In this document: positions 45,834 to 58,917 of the stretch, piece by piece | Layout: each line of letters begins with the position of its first letter | Position numbering within the stretch: the first letter of the stretch is position 1 | Translations under genes and position numbers: made by a program | The notes under the pieces: generated by a model | Seen by the model: only the letters and a program-made list of their open reading frames with translations | The model's database searches: none | What the model was told of the DNA's origin: nothing | From: Octopus sinensis | Taxonomy: Eukaryota | Reading direction: 5' to 3' | NCBI RefSeq assembly: GCF_006345805.1 | Contig: NC_043005.1 | Span: 21,266,001 to 21,330,000, forward strand | DNA: 64,000 nucleotides

Positions 45834-48800
45834 GATCAATTACTAATTGATGAGACTATCCTGGCTGATTGCAAGAAGAGAGACAAAAATTTGGTGATGG
45901 AATGAATGGGCTACAGGAAAGCATATGACATGGTCCCATACTGGTGGATAATTGGATGCCTTAAACTACTTAAGGTCTCACACAATATCCTGAAGTTTAT
46001 ACAAAACTCAATGACAATATAGCAAATTGTACTCATGGCATGGGGAGATAAGCTGGGAGAGGTAAATATCAAAAGAGGAATCTTTCAAGGGGACAGTCTG
46101 TCGTCATTCCTATTTGTTGTCTGCATGCTGCCACTAATGAACTTTTTAAGAAAGACGTACATGGGGTACATGCTAGGCAGTGTGAAAGTAAACAACCTGT
46201 GATTTATGGATGACCTTAAGCTATTCACTAAGACTGAGAAAAAAATTGATAGTTTGACAGCAACTGTGCAGATGATTAGCAAAGATATTGGCATGGAATT
46301 TGGGATCGAGAAATGTGGTGTAATGATTCTCAAAAAGGGGAAAATCAGTAAAAACCATGGGATCAAACTGGAAAGTGGTGAAACTATAAAGGAAGTCGGA
46401 GAGGAAGGATATAAGTACCTGGGTATTATTGAAAGAGATGAGATGAATAAACACTAGATGAAAGAAATGTACTGGAAAGAGTATTTGAGAACTCGGCTTG
46501 TGTTCCAATCGAAGCTAAATGGGCGCTATAAGATTAAAGCAATTAACACATGAGCTCTTGCTTTGATGAAATATGGGGCAAGAGTAGTATCTTGGAAGAA
46601 GCATGAATTACAAGAGATAGACCAGAGAACATGTAAATTATTGACAATGAACAAAGAACTACACCCCAAGAGTGATGTATCAAGATTGTATGTAAAGAGG
46701 AAGGAAGGAGGACAGGAATTAGTGCGTTGTGAAGGTTGTGTAAGGGACGAGGAGAATATCTTGGCTTGGTATGTCAAGGATAAAAAAGAACTGATTGAAT
46801 CAGTGAAAATGCAAGGAAACTTAAAAGTGAATGAAGCTGTAGATCCAACACAATTTAAGAAAGACCAGAGAGAGCAGATGAAGGAAATTTGGCAAGACAA
46901 GAAAATACACAGTCAGTTCTTGAAGAATAAAGATGAGATTGACCGGAATAGAACATGGCAATGGCTGCAGAAAAGAGGCTTAAAAGGGCCCAATGAGGCG
47001 GCATTAGTGTGCAGCGTTCAAGAACAAACTCTCAGAGTAAGCTACTCCAAATATCACATTGATAAAAGCCCTGACTCACCACAGAGTAGGATGTGTCCTG
47101 AGAAGGGAGAAAGTATAAGCCATATTGTTAGTGAGTGCAGTAAGCTCACACAATACCAATATAAAAGGAGACATGACAGTGTGGCCAGATATGTCCACTG
47201 GCTGCTGTACGGTAAAGCAAACCTTGAGAGAGCCGAACAAAGTTATGAACACAAGCCAGAGGGAGTAATGGAAAATGAACATTGCAAAATACTCTGAGAT
47301 TTTAACATGCAGTGCAATCAAGTCACAGAGGCGAGACAACCAGATATCGTGCTCATCCATAAAGATAAAAAAGAAGTAAAGATAATAGATGTTGCAATAC
47401 CAGGCGATTCGAGGGTGAAACGTAAAGAAATAGAAAAGATTGATAAATACCAGCCACTGCAGGACGAGATAGGAAAGTTATGGGGCACGAGGAAAGTAAT
47501 GGTGATACTGGTGGTAATTGGAGTATTAGGGGCAGTTTCCAAGAGCATTGAAAAACATATTAAGACTGTTGGAGCTGCTGTCAGGCTCAAGGTGCTCCAG
47601 AATACAGCATTGTTGGGTACAGCTTGGTAATACCTTCACAGAGAACTATACAAAGTTGCAGAAAGAGTGTGGAGAGGAGTGTATGAACCAGATTCAAATG
47701 TACAAGTAGTTCAAACGTTTCCAAGATAGTCAACAAAATGTCAGCAGTGACACACATTCTCAGAGACACCCAAAATGCAGAACTGAGGAAAATATCACTG
47801 ATATGTGTACAGCTGTTCACAAAAACCATTGAATTACCATGTGTGAATTGTCACAGGATGTGAATATTTGTTACAGTTCAGTTCAGTCCATTCTTACTTA
47901 AGATTTGGCTACAAGACATGTGTCTGCCAAGCTTGTGCTGAAACTGCTTTCAGTTGCAATAACTTTTCTCCAATCACAACTTTTCCCACACCCCCAGTTT
48001 GTCAACCACCATATTCCCCAGATCTTGCCCATTGCAACTTTTTCCTCTTTCCAGGAATCAAATCCCACTTGATAGCAACAAGATTTAAAGATATCAAGGA
48101 AATTCAAGAGAATGTAATGTGGCAGATCCTTTATATCCAGAAAAAGGAGTTCTAGGAATGTTTCCATTGATGGAAATGATGCTTGATAAAGTGTGTAGCT
48201 TTAGAATGGAGCTACTTTGAAGGAGATTAAATGCCAAATTTATTAGTGTTGTAGTTTTCTTTTTATAGCACCAGTCTTGATAAGTTTTGATCAGATCTCA
48301 AACTTTAAAAATGCACATGAGGTCTTTATCAAAGTGAAAACTCCCTCTCATTAGACATTTCAGGCTCACTCATAATCAACTTCTTTTTCTGTAGCTACTA
48401 GACAGCACACTGCTTTCTCCACCCAGCAACAGGAAAGTGTGGGGCAGTTATCATGATAGATTTGACTGACAGTCAGATCCATCCTCCATACAATAGCAGG
48501 TGTTCTGCATAACTCCACAAGTCATCAATGACTGAACAATAATTAGTGCTTGGAAAATGATTTCATTGCATTGCACACATCTCAGACATGCCTGTCTGAT
48601 ATCATTTTCATGTTTTATTTTGTACCATTGTAGCTCTTTAGTAGTTCTACAAAGCCAAGGACTTCAGGAAATTGTTTATCTGTCAATACTTGTTTATCCT
48701 TTGAACTAACTAAAGAAAGTGGAAAATGTTACTTATTAATGGAAAATGCAGCTTCCTCCAAGAAATTAAAGCCAAACGCAAACAAAAAGATATTTGAAAC

Positions 48801-51800
48801 AATCTTGCTATTTCTTTATTTCATCATTGCCCAGTGCAACCTGAGAATATCAGTGCACTAAGCTTCAATTGAAGAGTAGGACATCAAGCAATTCTATTGC
48901 CCATGTCAGATTTGATCCAGTATAATATATCTTTTGAAATCCTTAGGATTTCATTAGATAATGTGAAATACTCTTTTTAAAGTTGGTTAGGAGTGATTGA
49001 GGGAGGTTTTGTTTCTATTTTTAACATGCTAGGTACCTACAAAGACCCTTCTACACTGGCTGATCCACATTGAATTTTGAACATAATATCGCATGTCACA
49101 GCTTATTCTCTGGCATATTCTTTTGCCTATTTCAACATTACCATCTAGCCCTTCAGGTAGTCATGGCAATGGTGGCAAACAACACTTGGTCAGTGTTGAT
49201 ATATATCACAATAATAAACACTTGCATTGACCGACAGAAGTTCAGAATGGGCATAGAGCACATTAATCTCAAAAGTGTAGGAGGGAGGGTGGTATGAGAA
49301 TTTCATGATGTCACTGTTATTGTCATGACTGACTTATTAAAAAATATAAATACCACTTCATTGTAATCAATTATGTATTTTTTTGTTTAGGTACATGGCC
49401 AAACATAATTAGGGAAAGCAATAAAATTGTGTGATGTTCATATTGTTCTCTTTACAGTCTGTGTAAAGTGAACTGATGGAAACTGAGAAGGAAACCCAGA
49501 TCATTAACTCACACCACTCAATCTTTGTTTATACTAAAAGAATAACTAGAGCAAAATACTCAGGGTCAATTCCTGCATGGAAAACAAATAGTAAAGTGGC
49601 TATGTACAGTAATAAGATATTATGATTAATTTTACAACCCTCAGTGGGTTGTAAAATCATTATTTTAAGAACTTATTCTGGTCATGAAATTCAGAAATGA
49701 TAACCTTGTAAAGATAATTACTGGGGTTTGTTTTTTTTCATTAAATGTGTAATTTTGATGAAATATGATTTCTTAGCTTGCTAACATTAAGTTTTGAGTG
49801 TCCACATTACAACATATTTATATTTATTCACTGAATGATGATGATGAAAGGGAAATTACTTCAGTTTTCTCAAGCATAACATTGTAAAATATTAAAGTGA
49901 TGGTTTATAGTCCTTGCCATTACTAGGCACATTTACATTCTGGGTTTAAATTCCATTCCTTTACATCCTGAGCTTAAATCTCAATGGGATGTACTTTTCC
50001 TTTCGTACTTCTGAGGTTGATAAAACAAGCTGTATTCAAGTACTGAAGTATCCTCACTGAAGAATGTATGGTTTTGTGCTTAAGATAGAAACCACTATCA
50101 TTAATATCTGTAACTTCAACAATAATTATAATTGTACTTGTTCTTAAAGGTCATGCATTGACAGAATCATTAGAGCACCAGATAAAATGTGTTGTGGTAT
50201 TTTGAGCACTTTCAATTCTAAGTTCAAATCCTGCTGATATTAATTCTACCCTTCCAGGGCCAATTAAAATACAATGCCAGTCAAACATTGGGGCCAATTT
50301 AATTGAAAATTAAAGATATGGGCTCATATCTGTATTAGAAATTACTATTATTGTTGTTGTTCTTATATTTCATTGGTCTAAATTTTATTTTGAATCTAGA
50401 TACTAAGAACCAATTTATGAAAATAAAAGATGCATTTCTGGATGTACCCAACAAAATATTGGTGGACAAGGAAAATGTAACAGTGGAAGCCTGTATAGGA
50501 AAATGTTTATCTGTCAATACTTGTTTATCCTTTGAACTAACTAAAGAAAGTGGAAAATGTTACTTATTAATGGAAAATGCAGCTTCCTCCAAGAAATTAA
50601 AGCCAAACGCAAACAAAAATTACTACCAACGAATTAACCGTAAATATTTTTTGTGTTTTATTATTGGAATTCTCTTCCCAATTTTTTTCTGAAATTTATG
50701 ATTCCTGGTAAAGACCTCATCATCTTTTTTGAAATTTCACTTTTAAAGGTAGGTGATGGTGGAGGAGGTACTGTCCTTGTGTGAATTTATATATAGGTGG
50801 ATGGAAGTGGCAAAAATGGCAAGAATAGATGGCACCACTATAAGTGTAGTTTTGTGAGTCAGAGAACAGGAATTGGAGTGGCACTCGCCCTAAGTGCTCA
50901 GGGAGATCTTGAATGGTGAGCTTCCTTGATTGACTCCAGATGTCCTCCTGCATCAAGAGAGTCATGACTATTATCCCAGTCTTTCTAGTGATGTATACTT
51001 TTTTCTTTTCTTATACTGTATACTATGAATATTTACTACATTTTTTTTACCATTATATTCTACGTTAATCACCACACTTTATGTCCATCTTTGTGTTATT
51101 CCCACATCCATCACCCTGAAGGCAAATAAAAGAAATTGTTCTTCTTTTACAGATCTTTTGAAAATATAATAATTATGTAGAAGTAGCATGTAAATGAAAT
51201 TTTAAATAAAATATGATGAAGCCATCTGATGCATTGTTTTATAAAGGGATAATCTATATATATAAAACTGAGAATGTGTGTCTGTCAGTCTGTATGAATC
51301 CCTAAAACTTCAGAACTACTCAACCAATTTCATTCAAATTTTACACATGCCTTACTTAGGGTCCATGTAGTGTCATGGGCAAAAAAGTTTTAACTTTTTG
51401 CCTAGGGCGAGCCCACAGCAATATCATATCTTCTCCACTATTTCAGTATTACATGTCAAAAGTGAAGCAAAAACATCTCTCTATTGTAATGTCAAATGCT
51501 TTCACTTTAATACTTTCATTTTAATATTGAAACTATTAAAGTGAAACTTATATAACAGGGATGAACTGTAACTGGCCGTCCATTCTGCTAGAAGAAGATC
51601 ACCTATGGCCTTATATGCTACACCACGGGTTTTAAATTCATATTTATCAAATTAATATTCAATTTTTCACCCTTATTTTAAATTTAAATTTACATGTATA
51701 TATATATACCGGAGTAAGCACATAAATGTGAAACAAGGTGGAAAAAAGAGTACTCAAATACCAGAGGTAGAGTAATATGCTTTATTTAAAAGCAGCAGAA

Positions 51801-54800
51801 ATATAACAAAAGCTGTTACTCGAAGTTTCATGTTCCCGTTCGTCGGACAGTTTTGTTAAAATAGAACCAAAATAACATTTTGATCAAAACTAGCTAAAGG
51901 ATACACCTTTAAAAATGGATTTGTTTCATTGGTCCTTTCAAATAACGGTCTTAGGCAAGCGATAAACAAAAATAAATGAGTTCGATATAAATTATAAAAA
52001 TCAAGGAAAAACCTTAAATTGAAGAGTTGATTTAAATACATATTGTCATTAATTATATAGAAAATATAATTCGAATTAATACATAAAAATTAGAATTAAA
52101 ATATATTAAAATATTTCACAACAGTATATACTCATACTAAACCATCAATATACATATATACATCAGAATACACAGATAGATGTACACAGACCACATACAT
52201 ATACAGACATATAAATGCAAAATGAAAATATACACACAAATACATGTACACATATGTATATGCAATCTTGCTCGCATGCAAAAATCACTTGGTGTATACA
52301 TATAGACTAGAAGTGAAACGCAGAGAGGGGGAAGAAAAGAAAACGATCTTATAAACAACAGAAAGCTAAAGATATGAGTAAGAGAAGAGGAGAGTTACAG
52401 GACTCTATACAAGTAACAAATAGGGAGAGAAGAAAATAACGAAAGAAAGGAAGGAAGAAATATATATATATATAGATGTATAAATATAGATGCGTATATA
52501 TATATAGATGTATACATATAGATGTGTATATATATCTAGATGTATATGTATACATGTATATGTATAGATGTATTTATATAGATATAGATATGTATACATG
52601 TATGTGTAGATGTATATATATATATATAGATATACATGTAATATGTACACATATATACATGCATACATATATACACCCATACACACATACCCCCCTACAT
52701 ACACACACACATGCACACACATACATAGGTGCAGGTGTGGCTGTGTGGTAACAAACTAGGTTCCAAAACACATAGTCCTCAGTTCAGTGATAACTTGGCA
52801 TTTGTCTTCTGCTATAGCCTCAGACCAACCAAAGCCTTGTCAGTGGATTTTGTAGACAGAAACTGAAAGAAATCACGCCACATTCTAGGGAGAAAAACTA
52901 GAAGTAGTTGATAGCTTCCGTTACCTAGGTGACCAAGTCAGTAGCGGGGGTGGGTGTGCTGAAAGTGTAACTGTTAGAGTAAGAATAGCCTCGGCAAAGT
53001 TCAGAGAGCTCTTACCTCTGCTGGTGACAAAAGGCCTCTCACTCAGAGTAAATGGCAGACTGTATGATGCATGTGTACGAACAGCCATGCTACATGGCAG
53101 TGAAATATGGGCCGTGACTACTGAGGACATGCGTAAGCTCACAAGGAATGAAGCCAGTATGCTCCGATGGATGTGTAATGTCAGTATACATACTCGACAG
53201 GAGGGAACCTGTGGAAGAGGTAGACCCAGGAAAACCTGGGACGAGGTGGTGAAGCATGACCTTTGAACATTAGGTCTCACCGAGGCAATGACTAGTGACT
53301 GAGACCTTTTGGAAATATGCTGTGCATGAGAAGACCCAGCAACACAAGTGAGAACATAACCCGTGGCCTTTTCCAAGGAATGTAGCCAGCCGACTTATGT
53401 GTACCTTTCCTTCTTTGGTCACAAAACTCTGCTTGCGAAAACCTGTTGAAGCAAGTGAATTCGAAATCGAACCAAATCCGACAACTGGCACCCATGCCAA
53501 CCTCCCTTCATTGGACACTAAACTCTGCTTGTGAAGACCTGTTGGAGCAAGTGAAATCGAAATTAAATCAAATTCGATGACTGGCACCCGTGCCAGTGGA
53601 GTGCTAACAACTCCATCCGAGCGGGACCACTGCCAGAGCAGCTGTCTGGCTTCCATGCCGGTGGGCACGTAAAAAGCACCTTTTATAGCATGATCGTTAC
53701 CAGCGTCGCCTTACTGGTACTTGTGCCGGTGGCATGTGAATGAGACATTTGAGCGAGGTCATTGCCTGTGCTGCTGGACTGACTTCTGTGCAAGTGGAAA
53801 GTAAAGAAACATCGTTTTGACTCTGTGCGTGAGGAGCGCTACTGAGTCAAGTACATCAACATCAAAGAATCAAATGGAAATTATAGCTGTGATACCTGTG
53901 CCGGTGGCATGTAAAAAGCAAGCATGATTTGAATGTGACTGATGCAAGTGCCGACTTCACTGGCTTCCGTTCCGGTGGCACGTAAAAAGCACCAACCGAT
54001 CGTGGCCGTTGCCAGCCATGTCTGGCAACTGTGCTGGTGGCACGTAAAAAGCACCCACTACACTCATGGAGTGGTTGGCGTTAGGAAGGTCATCCAGCTG
54101 TAGAAACACTACCAGATCAGAGTGGAGCCTGGTGCAGCCTCCTGGCTTCCCAGACCCCAGTTGAACCATCCAACCCATGCTAGCATGGAATACAGACATT
54201 AAACGATGAGGATGATGATGTATGTATATATGTAAGTCTATGTGTGTGTCTTTGTGTTTCACCCTCATCACTGCTTCACAACTGCTGTTCATTTATTTAC
54301 ATCCCCATAACTTACTGGTTTCTCAAGAACAAACTAATACAATAAGTACCAGGCTTATCAACATAAAAAAGCACTCGGCTGTGTCTCATATTTTTGTTTG
54401 CCCACTCAGTTGTATCTATCAATTTATCTTTGTGTGTGTGTGTATATATATATCTATATATATACAAAAAATTAGAAAAAATCACCTTCTATCAATTGAA
54501 AATGAACAATTGAATTACACCATCTAGAAAATTATATATAATAGAAATATTAAAATTAAAATAACAATGAAATACCAATGATGAAGTAAATTGCAAAAAA
54601 AAAATAATAAAAACGTATTGCAATTTACGTAATCATTGGTATTTTATTGTTATTTTAATTTCAATATTTCTATTATATGTAATTTTCTAGATGGTGTAAT
54701 TTAATTGTTCATTTTGAATTGATAAAAGGTGTTTTTTTCTAATTTTTTATATATATATATATATATTATATTGTGTGAAATTTGATTTAGTATTTCTAAA

Positions 54801-57800
54801 TTGAATTTTTTCCCTGTAAGTTTGGATTAATATTCCCTCAAATAATTATAATATATATATATAACACCCTAATGGGGGCCTTAACTCCCAAATTTTAGTC
54901 ATTTCTTTTATGATCCAAAACTACATCAAATGTACTGAATGGATCTTTATGAAATTTGGAAATTATATTCTATGCATAAGGGCCATAACCACCATGACAA
55001 TTCATATATTTTTCCTGTTGATGAAATTTTTACCATAGATATTAGACACAAATGAATATTTATACAATTTCAATTTCTTACAAATCAGAAAGACCCCTCC
55101 ATTGGGACTTAACACCCACAATGTTGTCATTTTATCTAAGCAAGGACAAATACAGTTGTGCTCTTGGAAGCTGTAGGGTTACCCGAGCATAAAAGATGAG
55201 CATTATTTCTAATTCAATGGTACAACAGTGTAACAGTTTGCTTTGACATACACTTACATTGTGATTTCTTCAATGTGGTGCATAAATTGTCAAGTAAATG
55301 AGAGGCATCTTTGCCTCCACTGATTCAGTTGCAAAGTGTTGAATAAAGTTATTTAATTGCAGACCTCCTTTCAGTCTTTTATTATCACTGGGTCACGCAT
55401 AGTCTCCAAATGGTAACATTGATTTCAAGGCCTCCCCAGATGAGTGACTGCTTATTCAAAGACATTTATAGATTGTAAATTTATTCTGTCCAGTTATGTA
55501 TCAGTATAGTAGTCATTTGCAATCTCCAGAGGTGACACTTTCATTTCTCCTTAGCCCTCACATCACACAGTTGTTAATGTTTATTTCAGTTGGGTCATGC
55601 CCTTGCAATTGCTATAGATTCGTATTGCATCTTACGGCTGTGCCTGTCACCTGCATGGTGAGGAATCCATTATTGGGAGTGGTAACGACTAGGGTAGCTG
55701 ACTGCTTATTGTGATCATTTGTCTTTTGGTTTCCAGTAGTTTTGCTCTCTTTTACAAACCCAGTGAACATATATTTCCTATTTCAAAGAAATTCAAACAA
55801 TAGATATAAGACCCAAGTTAAAAAGATTCTCAACAATTCAACTTCTCTGCTTGACATTAAGACACCCACCCCCAACAGGGGCCTTAACTCTCACATTTTA
55901 GATCTCCATGACCATTTTTCAGGAGTAAAATCCTTTTAACAGGTTCAATAAGACTGGAATTTTGGAATATGTGCATAAAAATCAGTAGTATGGGATACAT
56001 GTGGCATGATTACAATTTTTTTAGGGTGGGTAAAGAGGGAAATAACCCTCATCTGCAATTTTGATGAAATTCGAAACATAGATATTCCAGTTCATTACAG
56101 AAAATATAACAGAAAAGTCTAATTCTTCAATTGCATGTAACACGAGCAATGCTGGGTATCTCTGCTAATTTATTATAAAAACACAATCTGATCAAAAATT
56201 TTTTACGATAAGATGCCTTCCCAGAATTTATGTGAATTTTAATACATCATGAAAGATAGTCAAAACGTCATCTGAATGTTTAGGATGTAGATAATCCAAT
56301 TGTATATCACTCTTCTAATGGTTTGCTTTTGTTTAATATTAAGTAACTATAACAACACTTGACACTTGTTTAAGGGGGCATTGACCCTAAAAAATTTATA
56401 CCATTACAGAAGAGATGAACAAATGAATTAACTGCAGCCTAAATATTGAGACAAGGTTTCCAATAAGTTTGAAGAAGTTCTACTACTCACATGAATTATG
56501 ATTAGGGTATCATTTTGTTGATGAATTATTTGCTTATTATAAACTTGTAGTATCGCCCGGTGTTGCTCGGGTTTGTAAGGGAAATAACTATATCAGCATT
56601 TTTAGAGATGTAAAGTATAATAGTCATCTCAATATGGCTAACCACAAAGGGGGAGGGGGTTACTGTAGCTTGTTACGTTCTGAGATTTAATAATAAATTT
56701 TTAGAGAGTTACTTCCCTTATATATGCCGAAAATGCATTAAAAATGGGAAAACTTGATGGTAAATTTTTTTTTAAATCGTAGACTCATCGTAGACGCACG
56801 CTAATACCCAGAAGGGCTCGATATGAATCACAACTATAAGATACTCGGTTTTGGTTAAACTGCACCGCAAAGTGTGGGAGTAGTTAGGAATCTAAATCGT
56901 AGGAGACAGACAGCACACAACCTCACTTTTATATATAAAGATTATCTATTTAAAAAAAAATTATGCACCATGTGCTTTGCAATGTTTAATGTTGTATGTT
57001 TTGTGTGTGCATAAAATGTACTTCTTGTTTCCTGTTTTTACCATCCAGCCAATGAAGAGCATATTATGCTTAAAAAGGTTAGTATACCTGGGCGAGATAT
57101 TCTAGGAGTGCTTCCTAATGTGAACTTAAAGGAGTGTAATAAAGCTTGTCATCAATATCCAGGATGCAATTCTTATGCATATGATGAGAAAGAAAAGGTC
57201 TGTAGCCTGAGTGATGTTAGTCAGTTGACTGGTGTACTTAAACCCAAGAATGTAAATGCAGACATTTACATCATTAACCCAGGTCAGTAGAATATTTCCA
57301 TCTTATTTATTGTCTGCATGTCTGTGTTTGTATGTATATACACATATGAATGTAGTTTGCAATCTCTTATTTGACTCTGTATTTGACAAAGCATATTTAT
57401 ATTGAGTTCTAACACCAGATTATTAATATCACTATACCTTAGTGAAAAAGGAAAATACATACATACATATGTGTGTGTGTGTGTACATCCATATATGTAT
57501 GTATGTGTATGTATGTATGTATATATATATATATAATATAAATTAGAGAAAAACCACTATTATGCAATTCAAACAATGATAGACATAAACCAAATCATAA
57601 ATAAAAAGTAAAATGTATTTTTTAAAACATAAAACTAGATCACAAAAAGTACAAAAATGAATAAACAATATATAGTAAGTAAAAAAAACTACGTATGTTA
57701 CATGGCTATAATTTAAATTCCAATTCCAATTAAATTTAAATTTAATTGAAAAACAATTCAATTTAAAATTATAGTCACTCTCCAGGTTAACAATAATAAC

Positions 57801-58826
57801 TATAATTACTAAATAAATAAGCAAAGAGAATTAAACAATATTTCTTAAAGAAATAAAATCATGATATTTCTTATAGAAAAAACTCCATTAACTAAATTTG
57901 AAACTTAAAACATTAGGACCAGTTGCCAACAATACATTTATTATGTTAAATATTTAAGGTAAAAAAATAGAGTAAATAGATAGAAAAAGGTATTTATCTG
58001 TGAAGATATAATTTAGCTTAATAAAAAACATTAATAAACTATAGAATATCTTTAACCTATACTCTAATATTTCATTCACTGTGATCACCATGACTGACCA
58101 GGCTATCAGATGTTGCTACACATCGCTGGTCACAATGTGCTTTGCATTGTTTTAGCCTTCAAATGATGCCACCCCGCTGGCTAAGTGAGCAGGCCAACAG
58201 AAGAAAGAGTGAGAGAAAGTTGTGGCGAAAGAGTACAGCAGGGATCGCCACCACCCCATGCAGGAGCCTCATTGAGCTTTAGGTGTTTTCGCTCAATAAA
58301 CATTCACAACGCCCGGTCTGGGAATTGAAACTGCAATTCTATGACCACGAGTTCGCTGCCCTAACCACTGGGCCATTGCGCCTCCACAATATTTAATTAC
58401 TAAACTATTTTACAAATCAATCACTCTTAATATTTTTAGATTTTAATTCACATATAATAATTATAAAATAATAAATTTATATAAAAGTACGTATCTAAAT
58501 TATAATCAACAAATATAGTAATTAAAAATCCATATTTTTTCAATCAATAAACATATAAATAAATAGATAAATTACTCCATTATTACTTAAATAAATATTA
58601 TAGATATCATTCCAAAAATATTTATGAAATAAAAAAATTCCGAAGAGTAAAAACATATAATTTATCGTTTATAAAATTATTTGTGTAAAAAGTTCTTCTT
58701 CTTCTTCTTCTTCTTCTTCTTCTTCTTCTTCTTCTTCTTCTTCTTCTCCTTCTCCTTCTTCTCCTTCTCCTTCTTCTTCTTCTTCTTCTTCTTCTTCTTC
58801 TTCTTCTTCTTCTTCTTCTTCTTCTT

Positions 58827-58857
<31 letters not shown>

Positions 58858-58869
58858 TTATTATTATTA

Positions 58870-58917
<48 letters not shown>

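Larger units (their letters stand above)
51253..56168 (+). mobile_element. Helitron-like insertion of about 4.9 kb with nested SINE, RTE and foldback elements
   Basis: A|TCTATATATATAAAA start and cgagcaatgctgggtatctctgCTAA|T end. The flanks rejoin to match uninterrupted paralogous intron sequence at 28991-29150. Confidence 0.6.

Noticed and set aside
46563-47630. Active LINE ORF
   Set aside because: 5'-truncated with several in-frame stops (for example 46455 and 47295).
58300-58386. tRNA gene
   Set aside because: The A/B boxes continue into a SINE body. No complete cloverleaf is evident.
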